Below, one piece after another: positions 1 through 12,000 of a stretch of DNA of 64,000 nt. A program made the translations under genes and the position numbers. This stretch comes from Tubiluchus corallicola (Eukaryota; Animalia; Priapulida): NCBI GenBank assembly GCA_030141605.1, contig JAQGDQ010002372.1, positions 620,001 to 684,000 on the forward strand. The letters run 5' to 3'. Below the pieces are notes generated by a model. That model searched no databases. It saw nothing but the letters and a program-made list of their open reading frames with translations, and had not been told where the DNA came from. The stretch's first letter is position 1. Each line of letters opens with the position of its first letter.

Positions 1-6
1 GTTTAA

Positions 7-994
7 CCCACTAATGCTCGACTACATGACTTTGCGCACTGCTGTACACCCTTCACGTGCCAGTACAAATATAAACTGTAAAGACCAGAAAAAACCCATC
101 CACCTCAACTCGATGTGCTTAAGAAAATATAAAAATGCTGAAAACTACAGCATTTTTGTCAACTTTGCGTTAAAGAACGTATACACAGTCTGATAAAAGT
201 CGTTATCATTACACAGCCATTTAAAAATGTGCTTGTTTTGCAATTATAATTGGTCACTATAGTGATCAGTGGTATTCTTTTATAGTATTTTCTATTATTG
301 AGTAAAAATTTGAAAGTTAATATTGTTATTTTTCGCTAAATTATTTATTTATTGTGTTTATTTTTCGTTGTACAATTTTGAGTGTAATGTTTTTTTTGTA
401 AATATGTAACTAATCATAATTTGTCTCTCTGGTTTCATTCAAGGTGCGCGTTGTAGGACGGAAGTTAACTGATCGGTGCATACTGCGCGGTCAGATTTCT
501 TTGTTGTTATGGAACATACGGAAGAAACCAAAATGTCGGATGCAATCGTTGTTTTGAGAAGAAATCGGCCAGGAACTAAGGCTGAGGTAGTTTAACACTT
601 CTAACTAACCGGGATAACATTAACCGATCACTGAAATAAAAACGCTGTAGTTTTCGGCGCCCTTCTAGGGGAAAGGGAGCAGAAGACCGTATGGTCGTTC
701 CCTTTCCCCACATTATTTAAATATTTACTTGTCAACTGACTACGATCTGCATATCTTGTTATGTGTGAAATAAAAGTTCTTATGTCTTCTCTAAACTTTG
801 TAACTCATTGTTATATACTATCTGTGATTGTTATTCTGAAGGTAAAAAAACTAAATTATTAACATTTCCTCAACTTAAGCACATCGAAAACTGTTAAGGC
901 AGTTTTTGTGGTCTTTATAATTTTTATTTATGTTGGCACATGAAGGGTGTATACTATAGCATTGCACAAAGTTATGTAGATGAGCATTAGTGGG
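7..994. mobile_element. TTAA-CCC (piggyBac-like) inverted-repeat element enclosing MOB4 exon 1
   Basis: The left end TTAA|CCCACTAATGCTC..TACACCCTTCACGTGCCA..TAAAGACCA (3-95) is the reverse complement, with scattered mismatches and one small indel, of ~902-998 (..TGGCACATGAAGGGTGTA..GAGCATTAGTGGG|CTAA). Further matches: CGATGTGCTTAAG 111-123 vs 874-886, and AAAACTACAGC ~141-151 vs ~645-655. The piggyBac assignment rests only on the TTAA/CCC ends. Confidence 0.7.
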
Positions 995-3900
995 CTAAAT
1001 ATAAAGGAAGTTTATGCCGTTGTCATGGTACCGAGTTAGGCCACCTTAACTTGGAAGTAATTCAGGTTGGTAAAATAGTTTACTGTTTAGTTTAGTTTAG
1101 TTTATTCTGAATAAGGCTACAGGAATGCAACAACATTGACAGCAGTAACTACATAAAACATTGGCTTAGCACTGATTCACTATGTAACTGTCACTTACCT
1201 GATTTACCATTTGAATCTTGAATTCTTCCTGTTAGTATTACTATAAAGGAAGAGTATAATTATTAGACGCTCTATATATATTAAACAGAATATAAAATGC
1301 TCCCGAATATCAGATGCATGCAACTAGAGTGCAAAAAATATAAGATGCATCACTGTTCAACAGTTAAGTCGTAAGGAGTGCCTGAACTGAATTATGTACG
1401 TTAAATAAGTGTGTCAGAGTGGCATTAAAGCCTTTTTTCTTATTGCAAGTTTTTGGTTCAATTTTTTTTACTTTAAAGAGTAAACTTTATACTTTTTATT
1501 GTAAAAAGGCTTACTGTTGCTTACAGTTAACTGTGCTAATGCTGCTGAAGATATTGACCACAAATTGTTTTGCTGGATTCAGTGTGAAATAATTGTCAAT
1601 TAAGCTTTTCTAGTTATTCACATATCCTGAATTTCCATTTTGTGAGGATCATTTTGATACCAAGCTCATCACTCTATGTTATTTCTATGCTGAGATAATT
1701 CACATTGAAGATGAAGTGTAGGCTGCGCACTGAAAAACTTAATCTTGAGAAAATCGCTTTTAAAGTTAGCCATTGTTTTTTATCACGTTTCTGCAAAACA
1801 CTTAGCAACCGCACAAATGTTGGTTGCTATGGACTTTGCAAGAACACATTGAAGTTATGTTTTAATCCAGTAGATGGCACTTCCTGATTAAGATCTGGGC
1901 TTCGCAACAAAAAAAACCCGAAGCAAAATGGCTGCTTCCACAAGCTACTATCAGAGTTTCAAAATACAAGTTTTTTACAATTGCATTACTAGTTTCTAGC
2001 CAGAAAAGTGGATAGGGGTTTATAACATTAAATTTTTAGTACTTTTTGAACATTATCTTGATAATTTGATGCCAGAATATAAAAGTGCAATATATTTAAC
2101 ATTTGATTTTATAAAAAACAAAAAATTGATATTTGACCAAATTTTTAGTGCATTCTACTTTGAAGCGTCATAACGTAGTTTTAGTTATGCCAACTTATTG
2201 ACGATTTTGGTTTGCAAGCGCACTTATAATTCCTGCTGCTGACTACTGTTGGACTGTGTATATCACAGACTTAAATGCCTGCCCAGTGGGTTGGCTGATG
2301 GTTCTCGTGTTTGAAAAAATTTCAGAATTTTAGGGTTGAAAATTAAGAAGAAATTTATTGGAAAAATTAACAGTGGTTTTTATTCATTATTTTATCATGT
2401 CTATAAGGATTCACAATCTGTATCTATTCAGTACTAGAAATTGATTTGCCAGAGCCATTGTTATTTGGCCTACGCAGTTAATAGAATAGACCCTGAACAA
2501 AAACAGGAAAGTTATTATAGTGTCCCAAATAAAAAAAACTAGTGAAGCCTTGTACGTTCGCCCAGTAATAGCAACCGCACATCCCTACTCTTGTACTTGT
2601 TCCAAGACAATTTTTTATCCATTATCTGACACAGCAGATGCTTGACATTAGGATGGAAGTTTCTTAAAATTCTGTTTTACTACATTTCTGCTTATTAGTG
2701 CTCACTGGTGAGCTTGGCTTATTGTTGGTGAGTAAAAACTTCTAAGGACTAACAAATTACCTAGATTGGCTGAATGAACATTCATTGTTTGAAAAGTAAA
2801 TATTCGCATAGTACCTCTAACTAGTGAATGTCTTATTAAGTGACAAAGCAATTTAGAAAATAAAATGAGGATTTTCTTTCAAATTACCTGCTTTCCTTTA
2901 ACAAAATACCTCCCCCTGCCTTAACACCAGGTCACTACTATATTAATTAGTAATGCAGTGTGGTGCAGTCTCTTATTGAATGATTTGAGTGTTCTTGGCC
3001 AGTTAACAGCTTACTTCTCTCATACTTAATCCAGAATGCTGCTTTGCACATCTAGGCATGTTCATTGTTCAACATTCCATGGTTTAATGGCAGACAAAAA
3101 TATTTTTCTAGATTTATACTTAAGTGTTTATAAGTTCAGGTGCCTAGTATGAGTACATACAGGTAACTTAGTACAGTAGCACTAAATATATACAGGTAAG
3201 GTATACATCACATAATTTATCATTGTGGAAATTACAGTATAATGTATACAAAGTGTGATATCTTCCATTAATTAAACTAAACATAGATAATTTAGTACAG
3301 TACAGTAATTTAATTTAAAGAATGGAACCTGTTTTAGTTTTTTACAAATTCCATTTTGTCAGTTTATGAACTATTTGTATTAAATATATGTCTATAAAAC
3401 CATTTATTTCATTCTTGACTTCTTTGACTTCCTTGTCTTGAAATATAGAATAAAAATTAATTTAGCAGTACAAATTTTGTGGGATAAAAAATACTGTGAA
3501 TTTTTCTGGAAGACTTTGAAAATTATATGTCTTTGGAAAAGTGTCAAAGTTGTTGTGGTTTCAGTTTTCCCAAGGTACGCCATATTGCCAGACTCTCGTG
3601 ATGTATGTTGAACTTAAAATCAACTTTAAATAAAGATCATTATTACTCTGAACTAAAGTAAATGGTGTACCTGTGTAAATGAAATTATTATTTTTCTGTA
3701 GGATTTTTCAAAATGGCCAGAAGAACCATTTGAGGAAATGGATAGCACACTGGCTGTACAGCAGGTATCAGAATAATTAATATTTTTGTTTGATTGTGAT
3801 TAAAGTTTTTCTTTTTGCGGTTTGAGTATGAAAGCATGACGAATTGCTGTTTTCTGTGTTAAGCTTCTGGCTTTCACTTAAAGTTAAGTTTTCTGCTCGA

Positions 3901-6900
3901 TATCGGGATGGTCCTATTTAAATTTTTGAAACAGTTTGTGATCCTCCGTTAGACGAGATTTAGAATTGTAAATTAATCACTAATTATAAACCAAATCAAA
4001 TTTTTTTTGCTGCATATTTGCATCTAAATCTGGGGGGTTGTTGCTGGAAACTATGCAATCTAAGTGCTCTAATACCAGCAATATAAATTAGTATTAGTTA
4101 CAGCATACAGCTGCATTTTATATTAAAATAAAGTACGAGCAAACAACGTTTGGTTGATGCTGGGTTAGCTTAAGAATTTGAAATTGTTACTATAGGATTT
4201 TCATATTAATATGTGCATATAAATGCTCGTTGAATACATAACAAACATTTTTCCAGTACCCATCAGTTACATGAAATTCTAATACTTTGTTGCTTTAGTT
4301 TGATTTACCTGTTTAATAAAGAAACATCAGCTAAGTGGAATTATATTGAATTTCTGATACTTCAACTATAATATTGTCTAGCTTATTAATAATCAGTATA
4401 TTGTCGGTCTATTATATAAGCATTTGAATATCCAGTAACAAAAACAGAACGAAGCAGCTTATTACAGAATTCATCGAGCATTATAAACCTGTTTCTACAT
4501 ATGTAGTTTATCCAGCAAACAATACGAAAAGATCCTATGAACATAGCTGAAATTCTTACACCTCCAGAAGGTCAGGACGAAGGGGTGTGGAAATATGAAC
4601 ATCTTCGTCAATTTTGTTTAGAACTAAATGGACTGGCTGTAAAACTACAGGTACAGTGCTAATCTGAAGTCTATGAACTTAAGCTTATATGACACCGTAA
4701 TTTGAATGTTTATATAGCAGTTCTTTGCTTTCATTCAAAATTTTAAAGTAAGTGAGCATTTCACATGAACTTTGTGTAACTAGCGTGGATTTTTATTATA
4801 AATAATATGCATACGTTTAGTGACCATTATTTTCATTTTGATATTGTTTTATTCATTGAAAAAGGTAGAACATTTGAAAAATGGAAAGCTTATTCATTTT
4901 TACTAACCACTTTCTGACCTAGTGATTTGTATTAAATTTATAAAGCAATAAACCAAAAGATAATGGTACAACAAGAAATCTAATTTGTTGGTTTATTATT
5001 ATTATTATTATTATTATTATTTATATATTGCTTAGCAAATGTTTACAATTGATTAAATTTACAAACATTAATATAAAATTCAATAATTGATTACACTCCT
5101 TCTGTATTGAAGATTGTTACTACTTTTGTTATTAAGTATGGTAGTTTTGCTAACAACTCACTGACGCCTTTTTGTTGTTCTTAGGGTGAATGCCAGCCTG
5201 AAACTTGTACGCAAATGACAGCAACTGAACAATGGATTTTTCTCTGTGCTGCACACAAAACACCTAAAGAAGTGAGTTTATTTTTTTTTACCTGAAAATA
5301 CTAGTCAATGGCAAATTATAAAAATAAATGGCTTTTTTTCCAATAATTTAAACTTCTAAACTGTGTATTATTTCAGAGTGACTTGCTGCTTTTTGAAAGT
5401 TTTGTTAAACAGAAAATTTGCTTTCAGTGTCCAGCAATTGATTACACTAGACACACACTAGATGGAGCTGCATGTTTGCTTAACAGCAACAAGTATTTCC
5501 CTAGCAGGTATTAATGCTTCTACTAATTGACAGTATTGACATTTACATAACAATCTGTAATAGTTTTTTTTTTGTGTATTTAATCTTATTGTTTTTTTTC
5601 ACTTTTTACTGCATTCATTAGTTTCATTGTTTGTCTCTATATAATTAACCAGTGAAGTTAAAAATATTTTACTCTTTTACAATATTCGGCATTATGTAAT
5701 TATGATGCGTCTTCCTGCACATTTTAATTTGTGTAATACTAGTGATAATTATTTTGAGGGTGTGAATGTTACATGTGTTTTTGCAGGGTCAGTATAAAAG
5801 AATCTTCAGTAGCAAAACTTGGTTCTGTATGTCGACGTGTGTACAGAATATTTTCCCATGCATATTTCCATCACAGAGAACTTTTTGATGAATTTGAGGT
5901 ATGCCTTTTCCTTAGTATTTCTAGAATTTATTTTCCCCATCACCAATAAGTTTCTCATTTTATGGCTAACATACACAATATGTACCACATTATTTAAGAT
6001 TCAGTGTGTTTTCTTTAAGTGTTATCCAGTGTTTGGCTCTTGCCTAAATGACTTTGCTCCTGCTGAAAAGAAGTGCAAACAAATAAGAATGTTCGATAAG
6101 CAAGAACAACTTAACCACTAATAACAACCATTAAGTAGTTAAGCCTGGCACAGACAAATACATGTTTTCTATTTTCTTTGTACTAGCATTAGCTGTTTAG
6201 AGTACACGTAGAAAACATTTAACTGTTCTGGTGTTCCTCTCTGCATGGAAAACCTAAAAGCACAACAATGTGATGAGCCATTGCATAGGCCTTGCTTTGC
6301 CAATGCCCATTCTCTTTGCTCAAGGTCGAGGATTTGAATCCAGGCCCTTCCAATTTCCATTGTCTTTTATTACATACTGCTATTGTACACTCTAATAATT
6401 ATGTCATTATATTTAAGTGCATTTAAGTAAGAATAAATTCATGAAAATTTGCCCATTCATTGTATGAATTAGCCTTATGTGTGTCAGGCAGTTTCATCTT
6501 GTAAATATTGATAACCAACACAGAGTTGTAAGTTAGCTAGTTATGTTAGGTGAGTAACAGTCTTTACTTTATTTTTACAAGGAAAGTGTAATTACAGTTT
6601 AAGTTACTTGACTGGAAAAGTAACTCTTTGTCAAAAAGATGTTACTCTTACCACATTACAAAAGTTTAAACAATTTAATCAAAGGTTTACTGTAAATTAT
6701 AATAGATAAAATGTTTTTCTAGCCCAGTGTTGGCAGTAGGTTTTAAGATAAAAGTTGTTTAATTTGTTGCCTAAAAGTAGTTTTGCAAATGTTTTCATTT
6801 AAATTAAATGACACTTTACAAACACCATGCTTTGTATTTTACTGCTGGTTTGATGTTTACAGAACTCTTTGAATGAGTTTTTTCTGTTTAGAATGACACC

Positions 6901-7020
6901 CACTTATGTAAGAGGTTTACCATGTTTGTTACGAAATACAATCTGATGTCCAAGGACAACTTGATCGTTCCTATATTGGAAGATGACACTGGGAACCAGC
7001 CAACAGAGAGTGAAGCTTGA
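533..7020 (+). CDS. MOB4: MOB-like protein phocein (MOB4), 7 coding exons, 222 aa
   Basis: Exons 533-586, 3702-3764, 4507-4650, 5185-5271, 5428-5507, 5787-5898 and 6892-7020, all GT-AG with consistent phases (669 nt). Translation [18 protein letters not shown]|[21 protein letters not shown]|[34 protein letters not shown]|..[20 protein letters not shown]|[27 protein letters not shown]|[45 protein letters not shown] matches the MOB4 sequence I recognise. An in-frame upstream ATG lies at 509. Confidence 0.97.
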
Positions 7021-8207
7021 AGTGGTGAACAAGTTAGGGGCTTATTTAGGAATTCATATAAATTTCATTCTTAGTAAATTCCATTGCGAATTTTTATAGA
7101 CTGGCTATTAAATTGATGTATAGTTTTGAACATAAGTTTTTTTTCTGTGTAACCTACTTTTTTTCTAAAAAGAACTTAGCATGTTAATTCACTTTTAAAA
7201 CTGTGTAAATATGTATTTATTATACATGCACTACGTACATTATACGTACATTATTTATTAATAGTTGTATTTTCTGAAGATAATGCTTTTGGTAATTTTC
7301 TGCTTTACTTCCTAGCTTTGATTATGGTGTTAAATACTTCAATGTCTCATTTCATTTTAGGGGACCTGATATTATTTTTAATGATCGAGACTAGATACTC
7401 ATGTGTACTGCTATCAAGCATCTGCATATACTAAGAAATATTCAAAATGCAAATCTGTGCTTAAGTAGTTCATTGGCATTTGATGTAAGAAAAATATGTA
7501 ATTCGTGACTAAATGTGTGTTTTCTTTATTGTAAGCAGCCTATCTGAATTAAATTCAGAGTTTAGTCTTAGTTGACCTGAGTGATCTCTGATATGTCTTC
7601 TAATCTAAAAAAAATTGGCTTATTTTTGCAATATTTCTGTCAAACCATCAACTGCAAACAAGGTAATTAATTTGTATTGTTTTTATAATATCCTGGCTGC
7701 TCTGAAGAAAACGTAATTGTAAGATGATAACAAAATTTACAGTATGCTGTTGAAAATATCGGACTTGTATCTTCTCACTGGAGTTTGCATTGCTTTAACA
7801 ATGAACGGAAAAGAACAGGACTCATAGCCAAGGTTTTTTAAGATTGTGCAACAATGTACACATTCTGCATGTAATTAACAGAAAAACAAGATTCATTTCT
7901 TTTGCTTTGTTCTGGCATTAAAGTTCGCGACAACATTATGCATTGTAGTGCTGGGTTGTCCTAATTAACATAATTGTACCTTTGCACTTCCGATTAAGTC
8001 GTCAATTATCAATTTTTACAGTTAGCGTTATCATAGCCCTTCCTATTGCATTTGACAGTTAATGCTGAATCAATCTTGTGTTGTGGATCACAGGAGTGAT
8101 TTCACTGTTGTATTTTGTATTTGAAAATCAATGTTAATAATTAGTTTTCAGTATAAATTAATATAAAATGTGCCACTGTTACTTTATGTATATGATTGTG
8201 CTCTTAA

Positions 8208-8570
8208 GTTTAGTTTAGTTTATATATCGAATAGATTAGATTAGATTATGTTATCATAGCTTCACTTATATTATATTGTATCAGAGTAAATTACCTTTAA
8301 TTAGGATGGATTCTAGAATAGACTAGACCAGATAATACTAGATTTTGTTAGATTAAACTAGACAAACTAGACTGGACTAAAATTGGTAGATTAGGCTAGA
8401 CTAGGTTAGATTCCACTTTACTATGCCAGATGTCTGTGGTTGTGTATGTAGATCATATTGGGTTGAGTTAGATTAGAAAAATGAGGTCATCTGAAATGAG
8501 GTGAGGTGAACTGTGGTAAGATGAAATGAAGTGAGGTGAGTTGTGCTAAAGTAAAACAAAATGAGGTGAT
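8208..8570. repeat. Degenerate pentanucleotide microsatellites (TTAGA/CTAGA then GAAAT/GAGGT)
   Basis: Runs such as tagattagattagatt, ctagactag and gaaatgaggtgaggtg. Confidence 0.75.
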
Positions 8571-8639
8571 GCATCATTGCAATGTATCATTACCAAAGCT
8601 ACACGTCTTTGCTTATACTTTTCTGTTGACAAGTAAAGG

Positions 8640-8870
8640 AATCGGGTTTCCAGGTGGCTTCCTAGAGGCCATGTGAACTATGCATGGCTTTGGCCAAGCT
8701 ACATGGTGATGGTTAAACTCACCTGAGCATGTAGCTGTCTGATCACATGTGATGGTTACAGCTTGTGAGCTGCTGTTATTGACGCACCTGCAATTAGATT
8801 ATTGCTTCGGGTGAAACGGAGCTGTGAAAAGCATGGCAGGTTTCTTGATAGATATGGCTTGACAGTAAGT
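8640..8870 (+). promoter_or_regulatory. Putative CNGB promoter and non-coding first exon
   Basis: GC-richer patch with E-boxes CAGGTG 8651, CACCTG 8720 and 8785, and ATCACATGTGAT 8742-8753. A strong donor CA|GTAAGT at 8865 pairs plausibly with the acceptor at 9062, just upstream of ATG 9092. Confidence 0.4.
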
Positions 8871-9091
8871 ATTTAAGTAGTTTCTTTAGGTTTGTCTTAC
8901 TTTTTCATGCCAATTTATAAGTTTATCAAAATTTTAAGTGGCTTGGGAAATTAAATTCTGTGCACCAATTAAATAATTTAAAATATTGTGTTTTAAAACA
9001 TACTTTTCAGTTACTTTAATGTGAAATTCATATAACCCCGATGATCCTTCCGTATATTTTAGCTGGAACTGAAAAGAAATTTTTGCACTGA

Positions 9092-12000
9092 ATGGCAAAA
9101 GTAGAAGATACTGCAGAGTTGATTAAGAATGAAGCTGACATTGGCAATGCTCCAGCTATTCAAGTGCATGGTTTTCCAGGAACAAAGGAAAGTCCTTCAA
9201 ATAGGTCAGTTTGTTTGTGGTTGGGCAAATCATTACTTTACTTCTAGAACAAAATCATTTTTGAATTTCATAAGGTATTATTTTTCAAACTTTTTTAGCC
9301 AGTTGCGTAAATTTAGTCATCATGAATTTATTTTAGTATGTTATTAGTATGTAAGTATTGCCACTTAAGATTTTCAAGGCAGTAAAGTCAATAACTCTAT
9401 AACACTGGTATTGTAACAGAAAGTTTTGCAATTTATTTAATAAACTTAACTAATATATATGCAGTGCTCATTCATCGCAATTTTCTAATATTTTCTAATT
9501 TCATGCTAGTATGTAGCATTCCTGTATTTATTTATGTCCATTATTCTCATCATTTTTAGAGGAATAGATAATCCCATTTTTTCCTTTGAAAATGTGGAGA
9601 CGGGACGGACGGTAACAGTAAAAGAGGAAGCTGATGGGCACAGCAATAGCAATGGTTCTGTCAGCACTGTCCGGAGAGGGAGTAATATATCTGGTGGCAT
9701 CAGTGGAGCTCACGACACATTAGCTGTACCTGGTTCTCAAGTCTCTCGTATGTATGCAGTTCAACACGAGCATTAAATTTGAAAATGAAGACACATGAAT
9801 TTCTGGTGAAAACGTAACTGGTAAAACAAAATCTTTTTCAAGATTATCTTTAGACATAATTTTAGTATTGATTCCACATTGGTCTAACAAGCTAGAATTT
9901 GACTCCATTTGACTATAACCTATTATTTGTATAAAGTGGTGGATAGAAATACAAGCGTATGTGGTTCTTCAGAGACAAAATTCAAATTCTTCAATAATAC
10001 GTATTCCTAAGGCTATGCTGCTCTGAGATTCATTGCCTAAAAATTTTTTTAGTAGAATTTACTTTTTAAATAAATGATGTTTATAAAGACTAGTACTACT
10101 AGTGTTATTCAGTACTACGATAAAATTACTATTCTAAACAAACATGTTTTGAATTATATACAGTACAAAGGATTTTATTCTTTAAAGATACAAAATTTCA
10201 TAAAAACTTTTTATATCTTTAAATCACAGTTTCCAAATCAACTTTAGATTGGGTTTTTAAGACAATTTTTGGCCACAATAATAGTCATATTGTAGCATAA
10301 TGGACAAATGATAATAATGTATACAGATAATTGTATTGCATGTCCTGTGGCTTGTGGCTTCATTCAACATTGTGCTTCTTTCTGATGGATTACCATGGCA
10401 ACTGGTATTGATCGTGCTCCAGAACCTGTTGCCTGGGCAATACTTGAAATCCAGCCCTAATGTGGTTTCATTAATCAATACCTGTTTGCGTTGGCATTGC
10501 CTAAGTTAACTTATCAGAACACTTAAGTGTAGATAATATTTGTTATTTCAAGTGGATTATACTCAAGACTGTAGAAGAAACAGAAAAATTATTCAGTGCA
10601 AAAAATTTTTATTTTGGAGGCTGTTTTGTTTGTCCAACAACTTATTTATTTGTTCTTCTATATATCCATTCTTTATTGCTGTTTGTTTGTTACACAAAGC
10701 AGTTGTCAAGCTGAATCACATTTTTGAAGCATAATAACTCAAAATATTAGTAATTTTAAACAAATAAATTTAAAACAGGGATTTTAATGTACCTTACAAA
10801 CAGCTGACTTTTTTAGCTTGTTAATTTGTGGTCTGTAAAAATATTATTGAGCGGCTTGGCAGCAAACTTACCTTTGAAAGAAGTGAAAAAATATGAAAGC
10901 TTCCAGAAAAAGTTGAAAAACTAGAGAGCTGCCTTTCCAGTTATTTCAGATCATTTCCTAGATGTGTAACTTTTGTTATATTACAGATCTTTACAGTGTC
11001 AAACATATTCTATCAAATACGTACCTATAAATTTTCCAAGTCTGGAATGTGAATTTATAAAACAATATCCGCTTTTATACTTAAAACATACCAAAATAAA
11101 TAAGCTACTGCTAAAAAACCTCAGTCATAGGTATGGCATTTATATTATAAAACACTTACTAAGCACTTTGTAAAGCAGTGTACAGTGACGAAAAATGTCA
11201 TCTATTTTTCATTTGTTTTCAGTTTTGAGACGTGGTAGTCAGGCATCTGTGACATCTTCTGGAAAGTCTGCAATTTCTGTATGGAAGCGCAAATCTCTTC
11301 GTGCCACTGTCAGCATCGATTCACTTTCAGCGGATCATACCCACAAGCAGTCGTGGAAATCTATCTCTAGGCTAGCTCGAAGTCGGTCTGCAGGCAGTAC
11401 CCGTTCTTTAAAATCCTTATCATCAGTGTAAGTTTTCTGCATAATAATGTAAGGGTGTCAGGGAATAATTAGCCCCCAAGGAGAGGATAACAATTGACAT
11501 TACCATGACAAAGAGCATTAAATTAACTTATTTTAATATTTTTAGTATATATAGTACTGCTGCCCTTCGCATCTCTGAAGGCCATAAATAGGCAAGAGTA
11601 CAATTCATTTTAGTTTTTCAATGAGAGTAGTGTCAAGATTCACTTCTTCAATAACTTGGTTGATTTTTAATTTTTGATAATAAAAAGTGGAATGAATTTT
11701 TAAAAATGGATTGAATGATGATTATTATTATTATGAATAGAATATGAAAAAATGTGTTTTTTTTGTACTTGCGCTTCCGCTTTAATGTAGCAGGGCTATC
11801 ATTTCCTGACATTCCGTATATCTTAATAAATGACATAAGCATGAAAGATAGCTGTTTTTAGCTTTCTTATGATTTACTTAATTACGATTAATTGTTTTAG
11901 TCGTCTGTTTTTTGCCTTCTGAAACAGAACTTTTACATTATCATCCATGTTTGAAATGTTTAGATATTAGTTAATACTGCTGTCTAACATGCTTATTTTA

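Noticed and set aside
1470-2900. Possible Kolobok-like element in MOB4 intron 1 (TTAAAG... / ...CCTTTAA)
   Set aside because: I could not pair the termini beyond a few bases.
5899-5912. MOB4 intron 6 donor GTATGCCTTTT resembling the U12 consensus GTATCCTTT
   Set aside because: It has an extra G and there is no TCCTTAAC-type branch site near the acceptor, so it is treated as U2.
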